Of a stretch of 64,000 nucleotides of DNA, positions 11,044 to 22,661 are shown piece by piece (position 1 is the stretch's first letter; the number at the start of each line of letters is the position of its first letter). Location: the NCBI GenBank assembly GCA_964188305.1, contig OZ076892.1; one strand, written 5' to 3'. This stretch comes from Podarcis bocagei (Eukaryota). The translations under genes were made by a program, and so were the position numbers. The notes beneath the pieces are model-generated. The model saw only the letters and a list, made by a program, of their open reading frames with translations, was not told where the DNA came from and made no database searches.

Positions 11044-13108
11044 TACCAATCATATTCACTTGATTTCAGTTCTTGACCAGAGATGACAATGCAAACAATG
11101 GCAATTTCCGCTTCCTTTTCTGTAGGACTTCTCCAGCATCCCAAACTTTGAGTACTGAGGCTGTCTTCATGTGGCTGCCTGAATACAGTTGTTGAAGGAT
11201 GGGTGCCAAAGGACGTCCAGCTATTTACGGTGGGTGGAGGGGGAGTCTGTTTATTATGATTTGATTCTGTACTTAGTTATTCCCAGTTTCTTTAGTAGTC
11301 CCATCAGTTTGGATGGAGGGAAGGACTGTGTTCTTCACCTTTCCTGCAAATGATTGATTCATCTGGGGTGCAGGATGTGGAAGGGTTGCCCAATGCATCT
11401 TACCCAAATGCTTCTTCAGTTGCCAGTTGCTGGAGAGAGCACTCTCATAAGATGCAGTTCTCCCAGGTGATAGAGAGGACTGGCCAAGGAAGCAGCTGAA
11501 GCCTTGGGTAGGCGCATCAAGCCAAGCCTTCCAGTGCTGCATTTGGCAACAGTGACTGCTCTTGGTGAACAACACCTCCAGAGTGTCCCCTGGCACACCA
11601 TCTATTGCAGCCTCTACCCCACCCAACCCATAAACATCTACTAGCTAGTACAGAAGTCAAGAGGAACAGGTTGAAGGGTGCAATGGGTTTTTAAAAGCTA
11701 GACAGATTTCAGGAACTAATCTTCGAGATGTGTCATTTTAATAGCAGCTTTTAAGCTTGTTCTCTAAGAAAAGAAAAGAAAAACTTATACAAATTCTCTT
11801 GTGCCCCAAGGCACAGTTAAATGCTCTGGAAGGTCTACTCTGCGAGGGTACAGCTGAAAAGTCTGATAACATGAAATGTGGCCAGCCAGCCATCTTTTGC
11901 ACAATTCTCTGAAAAGCCGTAAACGGCAAACAGAATGTACTGTTTACTTCGACTGCTTAATGGGCTATTCAAATTGCTTCCAAAAGCTGGCGCCTCGCCT
12001 TTAAAAGACAACACCATTTAGATGAAAATGAACTTGTCTGCTCAGTGGAGCTAATCTGGACCAAGTCACCTCACCCCGCTTTACCAAATAATCATTTAAA
12101 TTAGAAGTTTTGTTTACTGTTTAATTAGCCTCAACAGACATCTTAGAAATACATTTTTTTGGGGGGGGAAGCACTGACATTCCCATGTGTGCGTCTGTGG
12201 CTAAATGGCAAAATGCCACTCTAGCATCAACCAAAGCACATCTCAGGCACACAATGTTTTACATTAACTGTGCTTTGTTACTGATTAAGATTCTGGAATT
12301 ATCTCAGAATAAATTGCAATTTGGGTGAGAATGTGGGAAAGCTCTCCCTTCTCTTTAAAACTTATGGTTAAAGTAAATATTTGTACTATAGTTACTGCAT
12401 TACAAAAGAGAATAGTTAATAATGTATTTGTAGGGAAGACATAACCTGTGCTAATTGTTGCTTCTGTATCATTTAATACTTGTAAATACTTGTAAATACT
12501 TGTAAAGCCCTGAATGGCTTGAAGTGTTCCCTCCCCGCCACATTTCCATACCTACCCAGACTATAAGGTCAGATTCTGAGGCCCTTCCCTGTGTGAGGGC
12601 CTATTCAGTGCTGGCTCCCATGTTGTACAGCACCCTCCTCAGAGAGGCTGGCCTGGCATTTACGTCACAATTTTTGGCAGCACCAGGTGATTTCATCTCA
12701 TCATTTAAACTTTGCAAATGTGTTAGTACTTTTAGACATTTGCACTGCTGCTGATAGGTTTGTTCTATCCCTGTTTTTATTTGTTTTAGATATGCTACTA
12801 TGCTTTAGTCTCATTCTTATTTTTTAAAAACCTGTATTTTTAAGACAACCAAGAGACTATCATTTTGGGGGTAGTAGTAAATAAATGAACGAATGAAAAT
12901 AAAATTTAAAAACCGCATAGAACAATTTTTCACACTATGTACTAAAAAAAGTAGCAGTTGCTTTAGCAAGCACCGTGATAAAGAAGAAGTGAAAGCTGGT
13001 GGAGTCCTTGGACAGAAATAGTTTGGATAGATGGGGTGCTTAACCTGAAGCCAGCTATAAAATAGGAGGGGATATACATACATTTAGAATTAATACAATA
13101 GCCATACA

Positions 13109-13127
13109 TGCGTGCGTGCGTGCGTAT

Positions 13128-13207
<80 letters not shown>

Positions 13208-13208
13208 G
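13109..13208. repeat. Compound microsatellite (TGCG)n(CA)n(GA)n
   Basis: Direct reading. Confidence 0.95.
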
Positions 13209-14461
13209 GGATGCCCCCAAATACACACTCAGCTCAGGAGTTTGCTTTCAGTAGCAGAACTGAGTGCTCAGTCCTTTCACCTTCAAATCTGCACCTGCTC
13301 TTCCTCCAAGCTTCCTTTGCTTTCAGCAGACTAATCTTGGAGTGGGGAGGGCAGGCACTCTTTCAGATGCTGCTGTTGTTAAAACTGGGAATCATAGACC
13401 CTTTCACTTCCACTACAAATCACCCAGAGATCTACCACTAGATCCCAAGTCTACCTTCTGCCTGCAACTGCTTTAACTGAGTGTCAAATCCAGCTGAGAA
13501 ATGAGGGAAACCATTTGCTATTAAGAGCGTATTTAGGTTTTCAATCATATACAAAGTGCCAAATAGTGACAAGGTTATTCTTGCGGGTAGCACTAAACCT
13601 CCTCCATCTCTCTCCCCTGACACTCTTCCCACCCTCAGGCTGTCTCCTACTTATTTACTAGTAATAGTTGACTGCTCTGGAAATATTAAAAAGGACAAAT
13701 CAAACACAACAATGAGAAAAGCTAATAATAGAAAGAACCGAAAGGGGAGCATCTACAGCCTGTGGATGTTTCCTCATCAATGGCACCTCAGTTGCCAAGT
13801 AACGTGATCAAGGGGCACAATGAAGGCAGTTTTGGCTCCAGAGACCAGAGATGTGTCAAAGGTTAACATGCAGATCTACTGAAGTAGCAGCATCCAACTA
13901 AGAGAAGAAGGATGCAGTGAGGAGACACCATTCCCAGCCTCAGTTACTATTCTGGTCTCTCTCCCTCCACCAGCCCTCCATAGAAAGCAGCTCTGATACA
14001 ATACTGGAGAACATTGCTTGGAGAAACACCCTGAAGGACACACTCACAGATGCTGTTAATTCACCAAGAGATAGGCATCCAATTCACTGATGTATCCTCC
14101 ACCTGCTCACATGAGATGTTCTAGTAATGCAAAGCAGCAGATGAAAAATGGCACGTACGCGCCCCTTCCAAATCTTTAGAGGCATGGCCTGCAAAAACCT
14201 GACTGACAGCGCCTGGGTAGTAAACATTTGATTGGAGGTGTTTACGGTAATGGGGCTGTCAGGGTCTGGATCTATTTCAGCATGAAAGCTGGCACACAAA
14301 TCAATAATGAGGTACCAAATCTAATCATTATCAAGCCAGAATACTATTTCTGGGAGGAGGTTAATTTTGTTCACTGGAGTGGATGATAAAGGTGAAATAA
14401 AGGAAACTGAATGTATGGAATTAACCTTGGAAGAAGCAAGGAGACTGGTTTTCTCTTTCTG

Positions 14462-14463
<2 letters not shown>

Positions 14464-14509
<46 letters not shown>
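14464..14509. repeat. (CA)n microsatellite
   Basis: Direct reading. Confidence 0.95.
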
Positions 14510-14511
<2 letters not shown>

Positions 14512-17104
14512 TTTAAATGGGCAAGAGAAGCTAATGAAGGCTGCATAAAAATCTTGTTATATGTTAAGATCCTGCCTGTCTTCCACCATTGAACTTCAGA
14601 GGGCTTCTTTCCCATCCAGGTGCTGCCCAGATCTAGCTCTGCTTAGCATCCTCAAGGCGGCTGTATTATGCATCCTCACACCACACCTGTTGATCTCTCT
14701 GATGCCAGACTGGCTCCCTCCTTGTCCTTATATTAGATCAATATTTCAGCTACCCATTTAGTAGTTCCATTGAATCATATGCTGCCCCGACTGCGGTGTG
14801 CCTTTTTAAAAAAGTCCCACTATCAAGTTCTAAAGAACAGAGGTGGCTAAAGTAAAATTGCAGAGGCAGTGAAACTAAAACCCAGATGAGCTCAGAATGC
14901 TCCCTGCAAACTGAAGAGTTAGCTAGGCCACCACTGCATCACACTCCTAATTAACACCTAAGCAAGCACTCAGCATCTAAAAGCAGCTAAGTGGCTTGTA
15001 AAAGGGAAAGGAGTATGCCCCTTAACAGCAACTAATTAACCTGCACAGGAGGAGGATGAGGTACACAACCCATACAAGGTGAAACGATTTCCAGAGGGGT
15101 AGCCATCTTAATTTGTTGTAACAAAAACAACTAAGATGCAAGAAGTGCTATTATTTCCTTCTGGCCTCACTGCTTATGTTTCCTCAAATCTACTCCTGCC
15201 AACTTAGGATAACGCTTCTTGCATCTGCTGAGGTAGACCCAGCTGTCCTTCATGGAGTAGCTTATGCCCTTGGGTAGCCAATATGTTGCTCTCCAGATGC
15301 TGTAGGCATTATCCCAGACCAGCCCTCAGGCACACCGGGACTGATGGGAGTTGTCGTTAAAGGCACCTGGAGGTACCACGAGGGCTACCCCTGGCTTATG
15401 CCACAATGAATTTGTTAAGACTGTCCCCAAACTCTGTTTTTGTTTTCTTGCACATAGTGAAATTACCTATCGCAACAACAGAGGAAGTATGGAGGATTTA
15501 TGCAAACTCCTACTTCCCAAAGCAGTATGGCTAGAAACATAATCCCCAATGCCTTTGAACAACTACCTTGAGTTGTTCAAATCCACACAATCCACCTGGG
15601 CCATATTGACTTGTACTAATTCTATTTTGGGGCTGGGTAACAATGAGTGAAGGAACTCAGACCCATTCGTTGACATATTTTACTGAATGACGATATACAA
15701 TGGAATTTGACAACAAGCTGATTTTTTTAGAGAGGATGGATTACATTTTTTTTTTAAAAAGAGCTAGTTATAGCAGAACCAAAATATTCTTGGTTGTGTG
15801 CTGGAAAGGCACAATATACCTGTTGTACAAAAATTTAAAGGTGACGGCATTTATTAAAAGACTATTTTCTTCTCCAGTAGAGAAACAACCAAAGACGTAG
15901 ATTACAATTAAGAATGTAATGCATCCTGTTTTTGTTGTTGTTAATGGGGAAGTATTTAAAAATGTAACACTATTTAGCCTTTTATTTATATCAGGTTTAA
16001 GGGGGAAAGGTGGCATTTTAGCAAAAACTGAACTTTTTTGGGGTGTGGGTGTGTTATGGAATAAGGTAGGCACATAAACTGATTGCATGAAGTCTAAGAA
16101 AGCTTCAGCAGAGAGGTGTGGAATCAGAAGAAGAAACTGGTATTGGATGGAAACAAATTTAAATTCAGTCTGAGAAGGCAAAGTAGCAATAAGGCAGAGA
16201 TATCCAAGGGAATAAAACATAGTACCATAAAAGCCTGGAAAAAGCCAACTTCCCTTTAAAGCTTTGTTTAGGGCCATGTAAAACGACACATCAATGCACT
16301 GCTGCAACTGGGCTGCTCACATCGTGAGCTGCTTGCTCTTTGGATCAGTCACGCACACAAACATCTTCCTCCTGATTGAATGGAGAAATCTGCGGCACTG
16401 AAAGTGTTACAGCAATAATAAATCCTGTTAGATATCCAAAAGCTAAGCTCTGAGAGGCTGAAGGAGTGAAAAAGGCAATCTACAAATCACTCAGTCGGCT
16501 TACTCCCACTGAAGCCAATGGGGAGGCACCAGTTTAAGCACATGTGCATTGCCTTAAGTGGCTTGTGAGTTATGGGCTCTGTATGAAATGGAACTGAGTT
16601 GAGCATCCCATTTCTAACTGCTATGGCAACTAATTTTGATCAAACGATGAAAGCTGATAGAGGAGATGTATTGTCTTAGGTTTCCGCTACCTCCAGGCAA
16701 ATGGAATAGCTAGATCCAGACCCCAGGTATGCCATCCATAATTTATTGCTGTGTATTGTGTTGTCGGTGCTCCAGCACAGAGTTGCGACAGCTTAACAAT
16801 CTAAAGTGCCATTGGGAAAACAGCATAAGCACAACACTAGATGAGAGCATAAATTACACAGGATTTGCCACAGGGAACATCCAATGACTTAGAAAATGCC
16901 TGCCAGGTATGTTTTGAGCTTTGCCCACGAGCAAGAGGGGTTGCCTCCCTACTGCTAGGAAAATACTTTGATTGGCTGATTTGTTTTTCTCCACATAGTT
17001 CAACCTGTAAACTCATGGTTGGTAACAAAAGCAGCAACAGAAAACTTCTGCTGAAATTGCCCCATCCTTTGCCAGCTTAGGCATTAATCCTATACGGTAT
17101 ACAG

Positions 17105-17312
17105 ACCATAGGTCAGTCGTAGAGAATCTATCTACTTTGCATGCAGAAAGTTCCAGGTTTAGTCCTTGGCATCTGGAGGGAAACCAACCTGAAACCTTGG
17201 AGAACTGCTGAGAACTCTGGAGAGCTGCTGCCAATCAGTGTAGCTAGTTGGCTACACTGAGCTACTGAGCTAGATGGACCAAAAGTCTGACTAGTATAAG
17301 GTAGCATTCTGC
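17105..17312 (+). mobile_element. tRNA-derived SINE (Squam2-like)
   Basis: TTGCATGCAGAAAGTTCCAGGTTT...GGCATCT...GAGCTAGATGGACC...CTGACT..GTATAAGG. Confidence 0.65.
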
Positions 17313-17854
17313 ATGCTTATGCATACAGTGGCTTGCGAACAAGTCTAACTGAACATAGAAGGAATTACTTCTGACTAGACAAACATAGGCCAACAACAAA
17401 GATCAGCCAAAACAGATGGAGCTTTACAGAGATTTACAACAGGGCAAATCTGCACTGTATTTCACAACTGAGGGCCAGCTTCCCAAGATGCTTTTCTTCG
17501 TGTCTGTCTCCATGTCTGAACTTGACGCAGATTCTGCTGCTAAGGAGGATATAATTAGGGTTGTCATTCAATATAAGAAATTAGCCAAGTAACTATATGT
17601 GTTTTAGTTTATTTAATCTATTGAATCTATTGAAATATGCATATCAAAACAATAGCTCTATAGAGTTTTCAAATTGGTGGCAGCAAGTATCATTTTAGAA
17701 GAGATATTCCTTGTTCTCTCACACACAGGAGAAATGCCCCTTTCAATATATTAGTCAATCCAAAACTTAAAAAAACCCAAAAACGATTGAGTGACCAATT
17801 GCAATGAGACACTTAGGAGGAAGTGAGCTATATGGCATATTGGGCCTAAGTCAT

Positions 17855-18250
17855 TTTATTTTATTTATTTTTGAATTTATATCCTGGTCTTTCTCCCAAA
17901 GGAGCCCAGGGTACAAACAATAAGCAATAAAACAATAAAGAAATCTTAAAAGCAGTTCCAGTATAGTAGCTGCAGAATGGGAAAGATCTTAACTGAAAAG
18001 GCTTGTAGGAAGAAGACCATCTTCAGTAGGCACCCAAAAAGTCAACAGAGATGGCACCTGTGTAATATTTAAGGGGAGGGAATTATGAAGGGTAGGTGCC
18101 ACTAAAGTACTAATTCCTACACTGTGCAGAACTGACCTCTTGATAAGATGGTATCTACATGGGGTCCTCACCTGCAGAGCATCATGATCACTTAGGTATA
18201 CAAGGGGTGAGATTATCTTTTAGGTATTTTAGGGTTTTAGAGGTTAGAAC
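17855..18250 (-). mobile_element. L2-like LINE 3' remnant
   Basis: TTTA-rich tail and degraded 'APxLxNSLP'-type RT C-terminal sequence (ORF 17989..18171); boundaries approximate. Confidence 0.6.
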
Positions 18251-18508
18251 CAGCTCTTGGAAGAGAACTGGGAGTTGAGACAGACCATTGGCATGATGGT
18301 TTAATGTGCTCTAGCAGACCAGCCAAGAAGGCAAGCAGACCCCCATGTGCTGGACCTTGATTCACTAACATTAATACTCTGAATTATTATTTCCTTCAAA
18401 GAGAGCAACCTGTCTGCTTTGTTGGTGTGCACACTTTAGAAGGCAGGCAAAGGCCAACTCGGTTCCTCGGATGATCATGAGAATAAAATTTGAAGTTGTT
18501 TTACTAAC

Positions 18509-18711
18509 CCCACTCGGATCTTCAGCATTCCATTAAAACATTCTGGGGAGTTGGAGATGATCCAGCCAATATGAATGACAAGTTCTTGCTGAAGAACAGC
18601 TTCTCTCTCATCCTGCAAATTACACTTGTTGTAGATGATGTCCTTAATTGCACCAGGAGACAAGGGATTAGATATAATTTCTTCTTCCTGGCCAAATGCC
18701 CCAAGAGTTAC
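18509..18711 (-). CDS. PHKB: PHKB exon (203 nt) [67 protein letters not shown](G)
   Basis: ctctag acceptor, gttagt donor; visible in ORF 18475..18663. Confidence 0.97.
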
Positions 18712-19243
18712 CTAGAGGAATATATTAGCAGCAATTAGAACTACAACCTGAAACAGGAAAGCAGTGAAGGAGTCCTGATTCATTATACCCCCTTGACTCA
18801 ACTCTCCCTGTTTGCATCAATATTGGATAGAAGGGAGGATAATTAGCTGAGTTAAATTTAAAGCCGATGGGTAAAAGGGGGTTTACATGGCTTTGTTATT
18901 TTGTATTAAAACAGGCATTTGTAATGAAAAGAAGTATCATTCCAAAAAGCAAAATAACGACTTGGGAGAATGTGTGTTCAAGAAAGTGGCCCGATCTGCC
19001 CTGTTGATTCCTTATGATTAAAACTTGCCCGGTATAATAAAAGATAAAATTGTTCTAGTTCACTTCTAGGGGAGCAGGAGGGAAATTGTCTATGACCACC
19101 ATTAGGTCTTCACAGTCATGGAATGCCTCCCTGGTAGCCTTCAAGGCCTTACTTTGCCGCAAATTCCAGTGAAAAGTGGGAAGAGGGGAAGAGGAGCTGA
19201 AGATGAAGGGTTAGGGAGGTACAAGGTCAGGTTGATCTGGGAA

Positions 19244-19445
19244 TGGGGCATGGCATGGATGGAACAGACTACAAACCAAGGGGTTCAGGTTGTTCAGGGG
19301 TGCGGGCACATGGCATGGATGATGCAGGTTTCAAACCAAGGGTTCAAATTGCTTGGAGGTGGGGGTCATGGCATGGCAGACTACAAACCAAGGATTTAGG
19401 TTGTTCTCGGGGTGGGCATGGCATAGCCGGTGCAGGTCTAAACCC
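19244..19445. repeat. Degenerate minisatellite, about 55-60-bp unit, about 3.5 copies
   Basis: Recurring GGG(C/T)CATGGCATGG...CAG(A/G)...CAAACCAAGG...TT.AGGTTGTTC. Confidence 0.8.
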
Positions 19446-20617
19446 AACTGAGATGCGGGATGCATAATCATGAACCCTTTGTGTTTAAAGGCACCCCTCC
19501 ATATTTTCACTTCTGCATTTTAACACAATGCTACAATGCTTAATGTTAGGTTACTTAACAAGGCATCATGCTTCTATCTGTTTCTTCACATACAGACACA
19601 CCCTTGGTGTCAGCAATGCTGCCTGTCCTTTTAACAATGATTCATGAGCTGTGAGATCACATTCTAACAAACCCCTTCATTTGGACATTCAAATTACTAC
19701 CCTGGTTTCTCTACAGTTATGGCCACTATGTCTGCATCAGAGTCACCCAAGGTTCCTACTAAGCAGGCTTCACTTCTCACCAGGAACTGAAAGCAAAGAG
19801 TCCTACCATCTGTTCCCCTAACCATTGCTAAGGCTCAGGCAGCATTACTGACTCTTGGACCCCGAGAAAAAGAAAAAGGAAGCTCTCAGCCAAAGCAGAC
19901 AACAATCAACCGTGCCAGCTCATGCTACATAAAAGCATAACATTTTAAAAAATGATTACACAGTGCACTTGTGATGGAAAAGTCCCCTATAAAACAACAC
20001 TGCCTTCCTGTAGGGCAAGCGGCTGGGATTACAGCCACAGTTTTGTGAACAAGCATGCTCAAGTGTCAGTCCTTTTCCTTTGGTCTAGAAATCATTTGAG
20101 GTGCTTGTCAAAGGCAAATTCAATTCCTTGCCGAAACATTTACTTTCCCCCTTGTTTTTCATGGGTGATCCATACATTTGGCATACTATAAACTCTGTAA
20201 AGTCTAGACTCTTCAAATTTATAAAGAATAATTGCTTGAAAACATTTTTAGCATATTAAGTAAAGTTGTAATGTGCTTCAAGGAAGCACCTTCAAAGTAC
20301 AGTACATGGCCTCGAGAGTCTTGTTAGCACTGGTGGAGGTTAAATTAAGCTCTTGAATTGGTTTGGCCCCTAAGTGGTTGATTGGACCAGCATGCCAGAA
20401 GCTAAATCCCTAGCATGCCCTTCAAAAGAACCCTGGGTGTTGATGGAGCTATGACATATTTCTGTCCATTCCTGAGAAACTGCTGTCCATCATCTTCCCC
20501 AAAAAACCTGCTAATTTTTTAGAACCAGCTCAGCAAACTACTCCCAATGCAGAGCTAGTACGTCTGAAGTATACTATTGTTCCTCAATGATCTGCTTGCT
20601 CTCTTTGATTTTGCCTT

Positions 20618-20620
<3 letters not shown>

Positions 20621-20666
<46 letters not shown>

Positions 20667-20707
20667 CATCATCATCACCGTCGTCATCATCATCATCCAT
20701 CATTATT
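20621..20707. repeat. (ATT)n(ATC)n microsatellite
   Basis: Direct reading. Confidence 0.95.
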
Positions 20708-20773
20708 TTAAATCTTCTTAGAGTTCAAGTGCAAACTCAAAAACCCACTTAGGCACCTAACTATGCTATAGGG

Positions 20774-20909
20774 CAGGGTTTTCCAAACTTGGGTATCCAG
20801 CTGTTTTTGAACTACAATTCCCATAATCCCTGACCACCAGTCCTGCTAGCTAGGAATGATGGGAGCTGTAGTCCAAAAACAGCTAGCGACCCAAGATTGG
20901 GAAACAATG
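20774..20909. mobile_element. Palindromic hAT MITE
   Basis: TIR CAGGGTTTTCCAAACTTGGGT / ACCCAAGATTGGGAAACAATG; TSD ctataggg/ctatagag. Confidence 0.85.
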
Positions 20910-20937
20910 CTATAGAGGAACAGGTAGAAGCAAAGTT

Positions 20938-21113
20938 GGGGAGCAGCCGTAGCTTAGAGCACGTGATTTGCATGCAGAAGGTCTCAGGTTCAATAACTAG
21001 GTTGGACTGGGAGACCCCGTCTGAAATCCTGGAGTTACTGCCTGTCAGAGTAGGCATTACTGAGCAAGATGGAACAATGATCTGACTCAGTATAAGGCAG
21101 CTTCCTATGTTTC
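20938..21113 (+). mobile_element. tRNA-derived SINE (Squam2-like)
   Basis: GCCGTAGCTTAGAGCAC..TTTGCATGCAGAAGGTC.CAGGTTCAAT...CTGACTCAGTATAAGGCAGCTTCCTATGTT. Confidence 0.72.
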
Positions 21114-22570
21114 TTGTGTCCAGAGCAACTAAGAGGTCAGCAACCTTAGGAGGGATGCATTCTCCTGTAAAGCTACTTTGTGGGCAGTTCTTAGCTGGGA
21201 GCAGGTGTAGAAAGTACAAAGAGCTGGTTGGCAGCCAGATAAAATCTTGGTGGCATGGCAGTAAGGTATGCTTCTACTGGAAGGCACAGGATCCTGTGTT
21301 TAGGGTGGTGGTTGAATTCCCTCTCAGGTGAGCAGTTTGCATGATAGCATTATGTTAAATGAATGTGTTATAAGCACACCAGAATAATAAAAAAAGTGTA
21401 CCATTGTTGTCCAAGATTGACAAAGCCACTGCAAAGTTTGGAAGAATCCTATGAAAAAAAATTAGACTGCACCCAAAGCTACTTACTTTGGAAAGTTTCT
21501 ATTTAGACGGCCAATAACAGCTTTGGGCATCATACAACCGTGTCAGCCTTTAAAATTGTTGTGTCAGGAGGCAGGCAGAAAATGCTTCCTTTTGGAAATT
21601 TTGAAATAATGTTTCTACCTGCTCCTGGAAGATAGCTGCTAAATTCTCTTTAAAATAACAATTGCAGCAAATAATCACTGCTTTGTTACACTTATCATCC
21701 CAGCATTCCCCATTTTCTCCCTCTATCTGCCAATTTGCTGCTCCTGCCTCTACTTGCTTTTTATATTGTACGCATCATAGGGTAGGGACCTGACCCTTGG
21801 CTATGCAACTATACAAACTAAGCCTTAGGCGCACTGATGTTGCTTACACAGAATGACAAATAATAATATCCCCTACATCATTTTTTTGTAATGAAGAAAA
21901 TGCCTTACTCGTGTAAGACATGCCACACTGTTCCTGTTTTAAACAGGGCAGAACAACAGACGGTCAACACCCTGCTCATGGCTACACAATATGCCCAGGG
22001 CTAAGTTCCAGTTTGAACCCAGGGATTCTAGACTTGAAACAGAGCAATTTGTCAAGTGGACAGCACCTACTCTTGCCCTCAAAATCTATTTATTTGGAGG
22101 CCTGGTGGGTTGTCTGTAAAAAATAAATCTCCCCTAGTATGTGTGTTCCCTTTTCAACCCAGTAACTCTTAACTATTAGCTTTCTATGTTAAGCACAACC
22201 ACCCATCACCCAAGCTGTAACTTATAAAGTATTTCTTTTTCTCACATGTTCTCCCCACTTAACTACATTTAATGAGCAAATGGCTTTACCGTGGGGTGGG
22301 GGGGGTGCTACAGGGGAGAAGGGCAATACAGCAAGGAAGGGAAACCAATTTGCTAATCCCTGTTAGCAGGGTGCCAGCATGATGCTTGCACTGGTCCTAT
22401 GAAAAGGTTTGATAGAGCAGCCATTATCTAGATTGGATGCAACTTTTATATATATATATATATATTGGGAAAGGCTCCTCTCTTTTTATTAAGCCAACTA
22501 ATGTAAGAATCTTCAGAAATCTAAAGCTAATGTTTTATCTGATTAACAGTTTCGAAAAACACAGACTTAC

Positions 22571-22661
22571 CTGTTTGCCCTGAACTAAAACATTAGTAAT
22601 GGACGGTGCAAGGCTGTCCACTAGTTTACATAAAAGACTTGCTGCGAAGCGAACAACAGAC
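22571..22661 (-). CDS. PHKB: PHKB mutually exclusive exon B (91 nt; non-muscle type in mammals) (W)SVVRFAASLLCKLVDSLAPSITNVLVQGKQ
   Basis: cccttag acceptor, gtaagt donor, phase 2/0; visible in ORF 22535..22756. Confidence 0.94.

Noticed and set aside
14220-14245. GTAAACAT...GTGTTTAC resembling miR-30
   Set aside because: Only the seed-like core matches; arm length and loop do not fit a miR-30 precursor. Kept as a DNA palindrome finding.
15768-16307. Longest ORF in the track (179 aa, minus strand)
   Set aside because: AT-rich intronic sequence with no recognisable domain; the PHKB frame is complete without it.
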